A stretch of 64,000 nucleotides of DNA from an uncultured Gemmatimonadales bacterium (GTDB taxonomy: Bacteria; Gemmatimonadota; Gemmatimonadetes; Gemmatimonadales; GWC2-71-9), in the NCBI GenBank assembly GCA_963771275.1, contig CAVYSW010000010.1:32001-96000 (forward strand). Reading direction: 5' to 3'. Under the pieces are notes generated by a model that saw only the letters and a program-made list of their open reading frames with translations, was not told the origin of the DNA and searched no databases. This document shows positions 27,367 through 37,677 of the stretch, one piece after another (position 1 is the first letter of the stretch; each line of letters opens with the position of its first letter). Position numbers and translations under genes: made by a program.

Positions 27367-29361
27367 TTATTGCGGCTCCGCGCGGGTTGCCGGCAGTCGA
27401 ATCGTGAAGGTGGTGCCGCGGCCCACCTCGCTCTGGACGCTGATGTGGCCCCGGTGGTGCGTGACGATGCCGTACGCGATCGCGAGCCCGAGGCCGGTGC
27501 CCTGGCCGCCCTGCTTGGTGGTGAAGAACGGATCGAAGATCCGGTCGATCACGTCCGGGGGGATGCCGCACCCGGTGTCCGCGATCCGGATCTCGACCTC
27601 GCGGCCGCCCCCGCCCGGTCGGGTCGTGAGCGTGAGCGTGCCGCGCTCGCCCATCGCCTGCGCGGCGTTCACCAGAATGTTGAGGATGACCTGCTGGATC
27701 TGTGAGCGGTCGGCCGTGACCGGTGGGAGATCCGCGGCCCAGTCGCGCACCACCGCGATGTTGAGGAACGACGCCTGCTGGCCGATCAGCGCCAGGGTCT
27801 GGTCGAGCACCTCGTTGATCTGCAGCTCCTCCATCGTGGCGTCGGACTGGCGCGAGAAGTCGAGCAGCCCCTTCACGATGTCGCGGCACCGCTCGGTCTG
27901 GCGTACCACGACCTCGAGGTTGTGCCGGTCGGGGTGCTCGGGGGGGAGGTCCTCGAGCGTGAGCGCGGTGAGCGCGAGAATGCCGCCCAGCGGGTTGTTG
28001 ACCTCGTGCGCCACGCCCGCGGCGAGCATGCCGAGCGAGGCGAGCCGCTCGGACTGGGCCACCCGGACCTGCATCGCCATCACCTGCTCGGTCCGCTCGC
28101 GCACCTTCTCCTCGAGCGTGCGGCCCCACTCCTCGAGGTCGCCCCGCATCTGGCGGAGGCTCGCCAGCATCGTGTTGAACGAGTCGGCGAGCAGCGCCAG
28201 CTCGCCCTGCGCGTCCGCCCGCACCTCCTGGTCGAGCCGACCGGCCGTGATGTTCCGCGTGGCGGCCACCATCTCGCCGATCGGGCGCGTCATGTTGCTG
28301 ATCATCACGTAGGTGATGCCGATGATCAGCAGGAAGCCGGCGGTGGCGAGCGCGAAGAACGACAGGATCACGCGGTCGCGGATCGCCGCGTAGCCGGCTT
28401 CGAGCACCCCGACGTACAGGATGCCGACCACGTCCCCCTTGAGGTTCCGGATCGGATCGTACGCCGCGATGTACCAGTCGTTCACGACGAACGCACGGTC
28501 GCGCCACGCCGCGCCGCGCAGCAGCACGGCCTCACGCACGGGCTCCGAGACCCGCGTGCCCACGGCGCGCGCTCCGTCGCGCCCGCGCACCGTCGTGGCG
28601 ATGCGCACGTCCCCCTGGAAGATCGTGACCGTGCCGACGTCCTGCCGGCCGTAGCGCTCCCCGCGGTACAGCAGCTGCCAGACCCGGTCCACGAAATCGG
28701 GGTGGTTGTTCAGCAGCCGGCCGGCGTACAGCGCGCCGCGGATCCGTCCCGCCGCATCCCGCACCGGGGCGGCCGCGAGCAGCACGAGTCCGTCGGTGAC
28801 CCGCGCCGGGCCACGGGCCGTCGCCCGCGGCGTGGCGACCACGGTGACCGCCGCCTGGGTGGCCAGGGCGGGGCTCTCCTCGCCGAGCTGCCGGTCCGAC
28901 AGCACCTCCGTCGCCGCCGCGACCTGCCCGGCGAGCGCCGTCCGCACGACGTCGAGACCGGTGACGTCGTCGCCCGTGGCGCCCGGCCGGGCGACGCGCG
29001 CCACCACGCGGCCGGCGGCGTCGGTCAGCGAGAGAAAATCGCAGTCGCTCTCGGCGCGGACCGCGGCCAGGCGCGCCAGGATGGCGGGGCCGACCGCCGC
29101 CGCGCTCGGCGATTCGGCGCCGACCGCCGGCGCCACGAGCGTCACGGCGTGGCGCAGCGTCGCGAGCTCGTTGTCGTACAGCGTGCGGGCGGTCACGAGA
29201 TCGTGCTCCGCCGTGCGCTGGGCCTGCGCCATGATCGTCGTGCTCACGATCCACGAGCCGACGAGCGACGTGATCAGCCCCCCGGCGCCGAGAATCACCA
29301 GGTAGCTGAGGATCAGCTTGGTGCGAAGTGATCGGGTCCGGAGGAACCGATCAAGGCGCAC
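27367..29361 (-). CDS. Membrane sensor histidine kinase (Cache-HAMP-HisKA-HATPase)
   Basis: Two TMs; AGVAHEVNNP H-box; NAAQA, DTGCG, FDPFFTTK and GTGLGL boxes. Confidence 0.95.
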   Translation of the reverse strand: MRLDRFLRTRSLRTKLILSYLVILGAGGLITSLVGSWIVSTTIMAQAQRTAEHDLVTARTLYDNELATLRHAVTLVAPAVGAESPSAAAVGPAILARLAAVRAESDCDFLSLTDAAGRVVARVARPGATGDDVTGLDVVRTALAGQVAAATEVLSDRQLGEESPALATQAAVTVVATPRATARGPARVTDGLVLLAAAPVRDAAGRIRGALYAGRLLNNHPDFVDRVWQLLYRGERYGRQDVGTVTIFQGDVRIATTVRGRDGARAVGTRVSEPVREAVLLRGAAWRDRAFVVNDWYIAAYDPIRNLKGDVVGILYVGVLEAGYAAIRDRVILSFFALATAGFLLIIGITYVMISNMTRPIGEMVAATRNITAGRLDQEVRADAQGELALLADSFNTMLASLRQMRGDLEEWGRTLEEKVRERTEQVMAMQVRVAQSERLASLGMLAAGVAHEVNNPLGGILALTALTLEDLPPEHPDRHNLEVVVRQTERCRDIVKGLLDFSRQSDATMEELQINEVLDQTLALIGQQASFLNIAVVRDWAADLPPVTADRSQIQQVILNILVNAAQAMGERGTLTLTTRPGGGGREVEIRIADTGCGIPPDVIDRIFDPFFTTKQGGQGTGLGLAIAYGIVTHHRGHISVQSEVGRGTTFTIRLPATRAEPQ

Positions 29362-30655
29362 GGCGACGGTCCAGCACGTGCACGGCGCACGAGATGCATG
29401 GATCGTAGGCGCGCACCACCATCTCCAGCGTCGGCCGCAGGTCGTCGGGCTCGCGGCTCGGGCTCTGCTCCACCGCCGCGCGCAGCCGGTGCTCGACGCT
29501 CGCGGCGTTGAGCGCCGTCGGCGTCACCACGTCGGCCGTTTCCAGCCGCCCCTCGCCGTCGTAGCGGTAGCTGTGGACCAGCAGGCCACGTGGGGCCTCC
29601 ACGGCGCCGGTGCCGGTCCCGGCGCGCGGCGTCACCGGCGCGACGGGCTCCGCCGGCCGGGCATCGGCGAGCAGGAGGTCGACCACCTCGAGGGCCCGCT
29701 CCACGTCCACCGCCAGCTCGACCGCCTGGGCCAGGTTGTTGTCCAGCGGGTCGTCGAACGGCGCGGTGAGCTCCAGCCGCATGGCGGCATGCACCCCGGT
29801 CCGCGGCAGGTGGGCCCCGTTCACGGCCACGCGCCCCAGCGCGCCCACCATGACCGGCGCACCCTTCCAGAGGGTGTGCTTCGCGTGCGAGTGCGCCACC
29901 ACCCGCTCATCGGTGAGCGAGCGGTATTTGGGCACCGGCACGGTGGCGACCTTGCCGTTGGTCTCGATCCGGATCTCGGTCCCGCCGGCGTAGTCGTATC
30001 CATCGGGAGTGTGCAGCGCGGCGTAGGCCGTGGGGCTGTGGCCGACCTCGATCGTGGGCAGCGACGCGACGACGTCGAGCGCGCTCCGGACGTCGGCCGC
30101 GCCCTCCTCGAGCGCCGCGCGGAGCCGCAGCAGGTCGTCGGTCGACGGGGCGTGCGTGAAGCCGCCGACCACCGCGGTGACCGGATGGATCGCGCGCCCG
30201 CCGACCGCCTCCTGGAGCGCGTTCCCCAGCCGCTTGAGCCGCAGCGCCAGGGCCACGACGTCGCGCCGGTCGGCGGCGAGCGCGATGGCGCTGGGCGCGC
30301 CGAGGTAGTCGGGCAGGGCGAGCAGGAAGATGTGGAGCGCGTGGCTCTCGATGTTCTCGCCCCGGAGCAGCAGATCGCGCAGCTGGGTCGTCTGGGCGCT
30401 CGGGAGCATGCCGAATGCGTGCTCCGTCGCGGTGAGGGACGCGATGGTGTGCGCGGCGGAGCAGATCGCGCAGATCCGGGACGCGATCGGCGCCACCTCG
30501 TCGAAGCGACGCCCGCGGACCAGCGTTTCCAGGAGGCGCGCGCCTTCGAAGATGTCGAAGTGGACGGCGCCGATTCCCTCGTCCTCGAGCTCGACGGTCA
30601 CCCCGCCGTGGCCCTCGACCCGGGCCAGGTGCTCGATCACGATGCGTTGCGTCAT
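29351..30655 (-). CDS. [NiFe]-hydrogenase large (alpha) subunit, group 3b
   Basis: RVEGHG, RICAIC (L1), EAPRG and DPCISCAVH (L2) motifs. Confidence 0.95.
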   Translation of the reverse strand: MTQRIVIEHLARVEGHGGVTVELEDEGIGAVHFDIFEGARLLETLVRGRRFDEVAPIASRICAICSAAHTIASLTATEHAFGMLPSAQTTQLRDLLLRGENIESHALHIFLLALPDYLGAPSAIALAADRRDVVALALRLKRLGNALQEAVGGRAIHPVTAVVGGFTHAPSTDDLLRLRAALEEGAADVRSALDVVASLPTIEVGHSPTAYAALHTPDGYDYAGGTEIRIETNGKVATVPVPKYRSLTDERVVAHSHAKHTLWKGAPVMVGALGRVAVNGAHLPRTGVHAAMRLELTAPFDDPLDNNLAQAVELAVDVERALEVVDLLLADARPAEPVAPVTPRAGTGTGAVEAPRGLLVHSYRYDGEGRLETADVVTPTALNAASVEHRLRAAVEQSPSREPDDLRPTLEMVVRAYDPCISCAVHVLDRRRAP

Positions 30656-31437
30656 CGCTCCTCCGCTCCCGCCGCGGCCTTGACGGGCAGCGGCCCGAAG
30701 ATCTGCACACGATGTCGGGCGTCTTCCGCGGACAGCCCGTGCTCCTGGAGCACCGTGAGGGCCGAGGCCACGTTGGCGTCCGGGACCGGACCGCGGCAGC
30801 CGATGCACGGCACGCCCAGCGCGGGGCAGCGCGCCTGGCAGCCGCCCGCGGTCACCGCGCCGACGCAGGGCAGCCCCCGCTCCAGCAGCAGGCAGTTGTT
30901 CTCCCGCATCCGGCACTCGGCGCACACCGGGACGTCGTGGACCAGCGGGGGATTCCCGTTCAGCAGGTTGGCCACGGCCGCGAGGAATTCGTCTTTCTCG
31001 ATCGGGCAGCCAGTGATGGCGTAGTCCACCGGCACGACGTCGTGCAGCGCCTTGGCCGGCACGGTGTCGAACTTGGCTCCCGCCTTCCCGTAGACGTCCC
31101 GGACGAGGGCGTCCCGGTCGAACAGCCGGTCGAGCGCGGCGACGCCGCCCCAGACGGCGCAGGTGCCGAGCGCCACGAGGCAGCGCGAGCGGGCCCGCAC
31201 GCGCTTGAGCGTTGCCTCATCCCGCCGGCTCAGCACCGCGCCCTCGACGAACGCGATGTCGAGCGGCGGCTCCTCGTGGCCGTTCGACGCCGCCATGAGG
31301 AAGTCCTTCAGGTCCAGCAGCGCGACCAGATCGAGCAGCTCGTCCTCGCAGTTGACGATCACGAGCTGGCAGCCCGCGCACCCCGTCAGGCCGAAGATCC
31401 CGACGGCGGGCTTGGCAGTAGTTTCGGCGCTCGCCAT
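30652..31437 (-). CDS. [NiFe]-hydrogenase small (delta) subunit
   Basis: CAGC, EGAV, GTCA, GCP and distal Fe-S Cys motifs. Confidence 0.95.
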   Translation of the reverse strand: MASAETTAKPAVGIFGLTGCAGCQLVIVNCEDELLDLVALLDLKDFLMAASNGHEEPPLDIAFVEGAVLSRRDEATLKRVRARSRCLVALGTCAVWGGVAALDRLFDRDALVRDVYGKAGAKFDTVPAKALHDVVPVDYAITGCPIEKDEFLAAVANLLNGNPPLVHDVPVCAECRMRENNCLLLERGLPCVGAVTAGGCQARCPALGVPCIGCRGPVPDANVASALTVLQEHGLSAEDARHRVQIFGPLPVKAAAGAEER

Positions 31438-31451
31438 GACGTCCTCCGGCC

Positions 31452-32324
31452 TCAGATCAGCTCGGGCAGATTGATCGCGTCCCAGTAGGTGAAGATCGGC
31501 CCCTGCAGGCAGGTGTACTTGTAGCCCACGCTGCAGTGGCCGCATTTCCCGACGCCGCACTTCATGCGCCGCTCGAGGGACATCAGGATCCGGTCCTTCG
31601 AGAAGCCCAGCGCCAGCAGGCGCTGGAGCACGAAGCGGTAGACCACGGGCGGTCCGCAGACGGCGGCATAGGTCGTCGCGGGGTTGAGGGTGACCCGATC
31701 GAACAGCGTGGGCAGCAGGCCGATCTGCTGCTGCCAGGTGCCGGTCGGATCCCGATCCACCGTGAGGAGACTGGTGAGATCCGGCCGATCGGCCAGCGAG
31801 ACCAGCTCGTCGCGGAACAGCATGTCGGCCGGGGTGCGCGCCCCGTACATCAATGTGACCGCGCCGAAGCCTTCGCGGTGGTCGAGGGCGTACCAGAGCA
31901 GCGAGCGGAGCGGGGCCATGCCCAGCCCGCCCGCCACCAGCAGCAGGTCGTTGCCGGCGATCTCCTCGATGGGGAAGCCGTTGCCGTACGGCCCGCGGAT
32001 CCCGAGCGCGGCCGTCGCCCGCAGGCGATACAGCGCGTTGGTGACCCGGCCGGCCTTGCGCACGCACAGCTCGAGGACCTCGGGCCGCGTGGGGGACGAC
32101 GAGATGGAGATGGGCGCCTCGCCCGCTCCCGGCACGCTCAGCATCAGGAACTGGCCGGGGCGATGGCGGAAGCTCCGAACCATCTGCTCGTCGGCGAAGC
32201 GGATCGTGAACAGGTGGTTGTCGGGCACCATCCGGTGGATGCGCACGATGTGCGCGAGCGCCGGCTGGTACGGGTTCGCGGTGAGGACGGGCCGATACGC
32301 GGGCGCCTCAGCCAGCCGCGGCAT
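31452..32324 (-). CDS. Group 3b hydrogenase gamma subunit (FAD/NAD(P)-binding, 2Fe-2S)
   Basis: PGQF, RGPYGNGF, AGGLGMAP, CGPP and MKCGVGKCGHC motifs. Confidence 0.95.
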   Translation of the reverse strand: MPRLAEAPAYRPVLTANPYQPALAHIVRIHRMVPDNHLFTIRFADEQMVRSFRHRPGQFLMLSVPGAGEAPISISSSPTRPEVLELCVRKAGRVTNALYRLRATAALGIRGPYGNGFPIEEIAGNDLLLVAGGLGMAPLRSLLWYALDHREGFGAVTLMYGARTPADMLFRDELVSLADRPDLTSLLTVDRDPTGTWQQQIGLLPTLFDRVTLNPATTYAAVCGPPVVYRFVLQRLLALGFSKDRILMSLERRMKCGVGKCGHCSVGYKYTCLQGPIFTYWDAINLPELI

Positions 32325-33342
32325 GCTGCACCTCCCGGAGCCGTTGGATGATCTCGATGATGTCGATCCCAGCCGGGCAGACGTCCAGGCACCGGCCGCA
32401 GCCGACGCAGCTCGGTCGGCCGTATTCGGCGACGAAGCCGCGCTGCTTGTGGTAGAACCGGAACTTGACCCGGCTGCTCCGGCTCTTGCGGAAGTTCTCC
32501 CCGCCCGCCACCGCCGCATGGGACGCGAACAGGCAGGAGTCCCACGTTCGGGAGCGGCTGCCGTCGAGCGTGCCCAGCTCGGTTTCGTCCTGCACGTCGT
32601 AGCAGTAGCAGGTCGGGCAGACCATGCTGCATGCCCCGCAGCTCAGGCACCGCTCGCCCAGCTCGTCCCACAGGCTGCTGCCGGACTCCATCTCGAAGAT
32701 CTCGGGCAGATCCCGGATCTCCGCCTCGAGCCGGAACGCGTGCTCCCGCTCCGCCGAGCGACGCTTGTACTCGGCGATGTCCTCCGGCGTCACCTCGGTG
32801 AACAGCGAGCCGGTGGCGAGCACCATGTCGTCGCCGAGCGCGGTGCCGACGAACGTGAGGTAGCGGTCCCCCAGGTCCTGGAGGAACAGGTCGAAGCCCT
32901 TGGTGACGAAGTCGGCCCGCATCGACCGGCAGAAGCAATGCTCGTCGGGCGTGCAATCGATGCCGATCACGGCCACGTTGCGCCGGCGGGTCTGGTAGTA
33001 CGGGTCGGGGTACCGCGCGCCGAACACCTGGTCCAGGATGTTGAGGCCGTAGATGTCGCACGCGTGCACCCCGAACAGCACGAGCCGCCGCTCGAGGTCC
33101 GCGGTGTCCGGGACGTAGCCCTCCGCGCGGCGGTAGCGGAACAGGCGCTCGCGCGGCGGGAGGAAGTACTTCTTGAGCGGGAGGATGGTGCGCGGGTAGT
33201 CGAGCCGGACCTCGGACCAGCGCTGCAGCCGGCGGAACGCGAACCGGTCGCCCTGCGCCACGGGCCCGTGCATCTCGCCGAACTGCTGCAGCACCGAGAC
33301 GAAGAAGTCGAGGTGCGGCTTGGGGAGTGTCAGCGTCTTCAC
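32308..33342 (-). CDS. Group 3b hydrogenase beta subunit (4Fe-4S)
   Basis: CLSCGACSMVCPTCYC and CVGCGRCLDVCP motifs. Confidence 0.95.
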   Translation of the reverse strand: MKTLTLPKPHLDFFVSVLQQFGEMHGPVAQGDRFAFRRLQRWSEVRLDYPRTILPLKKYFLPPRERLFRYRRAEGYVPDTADLERRLVLFGVHACDIYGLNILDQVFGARYPDPYYQTRRRNVAVIGIDCTPDEHCFCRSMRADFVTKGFDLFLQDLGDRYLTFVGTALGDDMVLATGSLFTEVTPEDIAEYKRRSAEREHAFRLEAEIRDLPEIFEMESGSSLWDELGERCLSCGACSMVCPTCYCYDVQDETELGTLDGSRSRTWDSCLFASHAAVAGGENFRKSRSSRVKFRFYHKQRGFVAEYGRPSCVGCGRCLDVCPAGIDIIEIIQRLREVQHAAAG

Positions 33343-33761
33343 GGGTTCACCTCCCGCCCTGCCGGGTCCCGCGGCGCGCCGATCGCCTCGTGAATCCGGG
33401 CCAGCAGCGCGTCGGTATCGACCGGCTTCTGGAAGAACGCGTCGTGGCCGAGCCACTTGCGGTCGGGGGCCACCTGGAACTCGGGGGCCTTCTGGTAGAC
33501 CGCGCTCACGACGAAGATCGGGACGCCGTGGAGCTCCGGGGCCCGGCGCAGCTCCTGGACGACGAAGAACCCCTCCGTGCGCTCGTCCATCATGACGTCC
33601 ACGAGGATGAGGTCCGGGTGCTCCCGGCGGGCGCGGAGCACCCCCTCCCGGCCATCCTGCGCCCAGAGCACCTCGTAGCCATGGCGGGTGAGCAGCGTGC
33701 CGAGTGCCTCGGCGAAGTCCCGGTCGTCATCCACCACTAGAATGCGACTTGCCTGCGTCAT
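33339..33761 (-). CDS. Single-domain response regulator
   Basis: VVDDD, ILVDVMM and QKP motifs. Confidence 0.92.
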   Translation of the reverse strand: MTQASRILVVDDDRDFAEALGTLLTRHGYEVLWAQDGREGVLRARREHPDLILVDVMMDERTEGFFVVQELRRAPELHGVPIFVVSAVYQKAPEFQVAPDRKWLGHDAFFQKPVDTDALLARIHEAIGAPRDPAGREVNP

Positions 33762-34894
33762 GCATCCCTCCCCGGATCGGGGGTCTCGCTGTCCGGATAC
33801 GCCGGCAGCCGAACGCGGAACGTCGAACCCGTGCCCTCGGTGCTCTCGACCTCGATCACGCCGCCGAGCTCCGTCACGATCCGCCGGCATATCGGCAGCC
33901 CGAGGCCCGTGCCTTCGACCTTCCGCTGGCCAGGCTGCCGCACCCGGTAGAACTCGTCGAACAGGAGCGGCAGGGCGGAGTGCGGAATGCCGATGCCCGT
34001 GTCCGTCACCTCGATCACGATCTCGCCCTGGCGCTCGTCGGCCCGCACGCACACCCGGCCGCCGGGCCGGTTGTACTTGATGCCGTTGGTGACGAGGTTG
34101 TCGAACAGCACGCCCACGCAGGTCGGGTCGCCGCGGACGGCATACGCCGCCGCGGGCAGCTCGAGGCCGATGGTGACGTTGCTCTGCGCGGCGAGTCCCT
34201 CGTACGCGGCTGCCGTGCGTCCCAGCACGTCTTTCAGGTCCACGCGCACGCGCTGGCGAGTGAGACTGCCGCCGTCGAGCTCCGCCAGCGTGAGCCAGTC
34301 GTCGATGATGCGCCGCAGCTCGTCGGTCCGCGTGAGGCACCGTGCCAGCCAGTCCGCCCGCTTGGCGGCCGCCGCGGGGTCGTCGCCGAGCGTGCGGAGC
34401 ACGTCGAGATACTGGTGCACGGCCACGAGCGGCGTCTTGAGCTGATGGGAGACGAACGTCACGAACCGGCGGCGCTGCAGCTCGCGCTCGACCTCGCCCC
34501 GGCGCGCCTCGAGCTGGAAGCGCCGCCGCTCGAACCCCCGACGCACGATCAGCCGCAGCTCGTCGGGCGAGAACGGTTTGGGCAGGAAGTCGTACGCGCC
34601 GGCCTTCATGGCGTCGACCGCCGTGCCGATCGTGGCGTACCCGGTGATGACGACGATGGTGATGGTGGGATCGATCTCGTGCAGGCGGGCGATCACATCG
34701 AGGCCGCTGAGCCCGGGCATCTTGAGATCCACGACCACGAGCCCCGGCTTCAGCTCGCCGACCGCCTCGAGCCCGCGTGCCCCGTCCGCGAACACGCCGA
34801 CGTGGTAGCCGACCTTGGCGAGCGTCTGTTCGCACGACAGCCGCATCGCGTAGTCGTCGTCGATGACGACGACCGCCTCACCCTGACCGGGCAC
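33758..34894 (-). CDS. Hybrid receiver-histidine kinase (cytoplasmic)
   Basis: Receiver (IDDD, DLKMP, PKP) fused to SHQLKTP, NGIKYN, DTGIG and GTGLGL. Confidence 0.93.
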   Translation of the reverse strand: MPGQGEAVVVIDDDYAMRLSCEQTLAKVGYHVGVFADGARGLEAVGELKPGLVVVDLKMPGLSGLDVIARLHEIDPTITIVVITGYATIGTAVDAMKAGAYDFLPKPFSPDELRLIVRRGFERRRFQLEARRGEVERELQRRRFVTFVSHQLKTPLVAVHQYLDVLRTLGDDPAAAAKRADWLARCLTRTDELRRIIDDWLTLAELDGGSLTRQRVRVDLKDVLGRTAAAYEGLAAQSNVTIGLELPAAAYAVRGDPTCVGVLFDNLVTNGIKYNRPGGRVCVRADERQGEIVIEVTDTGIGIPHSALPLLFDEFYRVRQPGQRKVEGTGLGLPICRRIVTELGGVIEVESTEGTGSTFRVRLPAYPDSETPDPGRDA

Positions 34895-34969
34895 GTCGAC
34901 CGTACCGGTCTTCCTCCCCGCTGCAGCTGCAGACGGCGGGCGGCGCGGATGCCGCGCCTCCGCCCGGCG

Positions 34970-35389
34970 CTACTCCCGAAGGATCTTCCGCACGATCTCC
35001 AGAAACCTGGTGAGGTCGAGCGGCTTCGTCAGATAGCGATCGGGGCGGATCATGTCCACTTCGGGAGCGCGCGGAAACCGCTCGTCGGGCGATTCCTGGA
35101 TCGACGAGACCATGATGATCGGCGTCTGCTGGAAGGCGCTGTACTCGTCCGAGTACTTGATCGCCTCCGTGACGCCGTACCCTTCGGTGATACTCTCCAT
35201 CATCACGTCAAGCACCATCAGGTCGGGCCGGTGCTTCCGCAGTTGGCGGAGTCCTTCCAACCCCGAATCCGCCTGGACGACCGTGTAGCCCTCGCGCTCC
35301 AAAACCGCGCGTACGGTCGTGGCGAAATCCTCGTCGTCATCAACGATGAGAATGACCTTGGTGCCTCGGCGGGCTTCCGTCGCGGACAT
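34970..35389 (-). CDS. Single-domain response regulator
   Basis: IVDDD, LDVMM and TKP motifs; AAGGAG RBS. Confidence 0.92.
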   Translation of the reverse strand: MSATEARRGTKVILIVDDDEDFATTVRAVLEREGYTVVQADSGLEGLRQLRKHRPDLMVLDVMMESITEGYGVTEAIKYSDEYSAFQQTPIIMVSSIQESPDERFPRAPEVDMIRPDRYLTKPLDLTRFLEIVRKILRE

Positions 35390-35467
35390 GATCGGCTCCT
35401 TCCCGTGCGGGTGGTCGCCGTCAGCAACCGGTGAGCGGAATGGGAGCGCACCCACCGATGCACGGCC

Positions 35468-35476
35468 ATCATAGCA
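35468..35476 (-). promoter_or_regulatory. Putative extended -10 promoter (TGCTATGAT) for the regulator-hydrogenase operon
   Basis: TGn-TATGAT in the divergent intergenic region. Confidence 0.45.
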
Positions 35477-35607
35477 CGGCGGCCCTGAAGGAAGGCTGAA
35501 TTCCGGGCGAAGAACCACCCCGGCTCAAGCCGAGGAACCCTGTCGGACTTGCCGCACGCGCGCGATCGTCTGCGCATCGTCTGTGGCGCCACTATCTTTC
35601 CGGCTCC

Positions 35608-37677
35608 ATGACCACCGCCCAGGCAGCACCGCAGGGCATCCGGCCGCCGCCGGACGTGAACCCGCGCGCGGAGCCCGCCCTCGACTTCCCCGACCGGGAG
35701 TACGGCGAGCTGGCGCCGGCGGACTACGCGACGCTCGGCTTCCTGGGCGGACTCGAGGTCCACCAGCAGCTCGCGACCCGCGGCAAGCTGTTCTGCCGCT
35801 GTCCGGCCGGCCGCTACGCCGAGCGCTGCGACGGCGAGGTGCTGCGCCACATGCGGCCGACCCTGAGCGAGCTGGGGGAGTACGACGGCACCGCGCTGAT
35901 GGAGTTCAAGACCAGGAAGGAGATCGTCTACCTGCTCGAGCGCGGGTCGGTCTGCACGTACGAGATCGACGACACGCCGCCGTTCCCGATCGACGACGAG
36001 GCCGTGGAGATCGCGCTCGCCGTCGCGCAGCTGTTCGCGCTGAATCTGGTGGCCGAGCTGCACGTGATGCGGAAGCAGTACCTCGACGGCTCGATTCCCA
36101 CGGGGTTCCAGCGCACCGCCATGGTGGGCCTCACCGGCCGCATCCCGTTCCACGTGCCCGAGCTGGGCGTGCGCCGCGAGCTCGCGATCCGCCAGCTGTC
36201 GCTCGAAGAGGATGCCTGCCGTGAGGTCTCGGACGTGGGCCATCGCGTCACGTTTCGCACCGATCGGCTGGGCATGCCGCTCACCGAGGTGGTGACGGAG
36301 CCGGAGTTCCGCACGCCGCTCGAGGTCCAGGCGGGCGGCCGCCTGCTCGCGCAGGTCGCGCGCGCGACCGGCCGGGTCCGCCGCGGGGCCGGCGCGGCGC
36401 GGCAGGACGTCAACGTCTCGGTCGCCGGGGGCCGGCGGGTCGAGATCAAGGGCGTGGACAACCACCGGCATCTGCCGCGGCTGGTCCACGGCGAAGCGTA
36501 CCGCCAGCTCAACCTGCTGCGGCTCCGGGCGGAGCTCGCGCGGCGCGGCGTCACCACCGACCTGCTGCGCCTTCCCGACAAGCGGCTCCCGTGGGAGGTC
36601 TCCCCGCTGGTGGCCGACGTGAGCGGCGCGTTCTCCCGGGCGCGCTACGCGCCGCTCCGCCAGGCCCGCGACCAGGGCATGACGGTCTGCGCGGTGCGGC
36701 TGCCGGGCTTTGGCGGGCTCCTCACCCAGCGCACGCAGCCGGGCCTCACCTTCGCCTACGAGCTGAGCGAGCGGGTGCGCGTCATCGCGTGCCCCGCCCA
36801 CCAGCGATTCATGGCGCATTCCGATGCGCCGGAGGGCATCCCGCCGGCCAGGTGGCGGGAGGCCCGCGCCGCCGTGCAGGCGGAGACCGGGGACGCCGTC
36901 GTGCTGGTCTGGGCGGACCGCGCCGACGCCGCCACCGCCGCCCGCGAGATCCTGCTCCGCGCGCAGGACGCGACCCTGGGCGTGCCCGCCGAGACGCGCC
37001 AGGCGCACCGCGGCGGGACGACCGGATTCGAGCGCATCCTCCCGGGCGCCGACCGGATGTATCCCGATACCGACACGCCGCCCGTCCCGATCGCCGACGC
37101 CCTGATCGAGCGGGTGCGGGCGACGCTGCCGGAGCCGCCGTGGACGCGCGCGGAGCGGTATGGCGCGCTGGGGCTCGATGAGGTGGCGGCGCACCGGCTC
37201 GCGGGGTCCTCGTGGGCGCGGCTGTTCGACCAGGCGGCGCCCCCCGCCGGAGGGCTCGCGCGCCGGCTCGCGGCGAGCCTCGCCAAGCGGATGCCGTTCC
37301 ACGCGCGCGCGGGCCGCTGCGCGCCGGAGACCGCGGGCGCCATGCTGCGCGGCGCGGTCTCGCGGATCGCGGCGGGGGAGATCCGGCCGGAGGCGCTGGA
37401 TCGCCTGGTGGATGCCGCCGTGACTGCAGGCGACGCGGCGGTGGAGCCGACGCTCGCGCGGTTCGTGCGGCGCCCCGATGACGCCGCGCTGCGCGAGCGG
37501 GTGATCGACCGCGTCGCCCAACGGGCGCGGGCGCTCGCGAACCGCGGGCCGGCGACGCGGCTCCGCTGGTCGATGGGCCAGGCGATGCCCGAGCTGCTGG
37601 GACGGGCCGATCCGGCGGACGTGCGCCGCGGGCTCACGGACCGGCTCGGCGCGTCGGCCGGGGACGCCGCCCGATGA
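35608..37677 (+). CDS. gatE: Glu-tRNA(Gln) amidotransferase subunit E (archaeal type)
   Basis: GLEVHQQL..KLFC, RPTLSELGE, MRKQYLDGSIPTGFQRT, LEEDA, DRLGMP, RQDVNVS, VEIKGV, a long insertion, then GVPAETR..LPGADRMYPDTD. Confidence 0.93.
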   Translation: MTTAQAAPQGIRPPPDVNPRAEPALDFPDREYGELAPADYATLGFLGGLEVHQQLATRGKLFCRCPAGRYAERCDGEVLRHMRPTLSELGEYDGTALMEFKTRKEIVYLLERGSVCTYEIDDTPPFPIDDEAVEIALAVAQLFALNLVAELHVMRKQYLDGSIPTGFQRTAMVGLTGRIPFHVPELGVRRELAIRQLSLEEDACREVSDVGHRVTFRTDRLGMPLTEVVTEPEFRTPLEVQAGGRLLAQVARATGRVRRGAGAARQDVNVSVAGGRRVEIKGVDNHRHLPRLVHGEAYRQLNLLRLRAELARRGVTTDLLRLPDKRLPWEVSPLVADVSGAFSRARYAPLRQARDQGMTVCAVRLPGFGGLLTQRTQPGLTFAYELSERVRVIACPAHQRFMAHSDAPEGIPPARWREARAAVQAETGDAVVLVWADRADAATAAREILLRAQDATLGVPAETRQAHRGGTTGFERILPGADRMYPDTDTPPVPIADALIERVRATLPEPPWTRAERYGALGLDEVAAHRLAGSSWARLFDQAAPPAGGLARRLAASLAKRMPFHARAGRCAPETAGAMLRGAVSRIAAGEIRPEALDRLVDAAVTAGDAAVEPTLARFVRRPDDAALRERVIDRVAQRARALANRGPATRLRWSMGQAMPELLGRADPADVRRGLTDRLGASAGDAAR

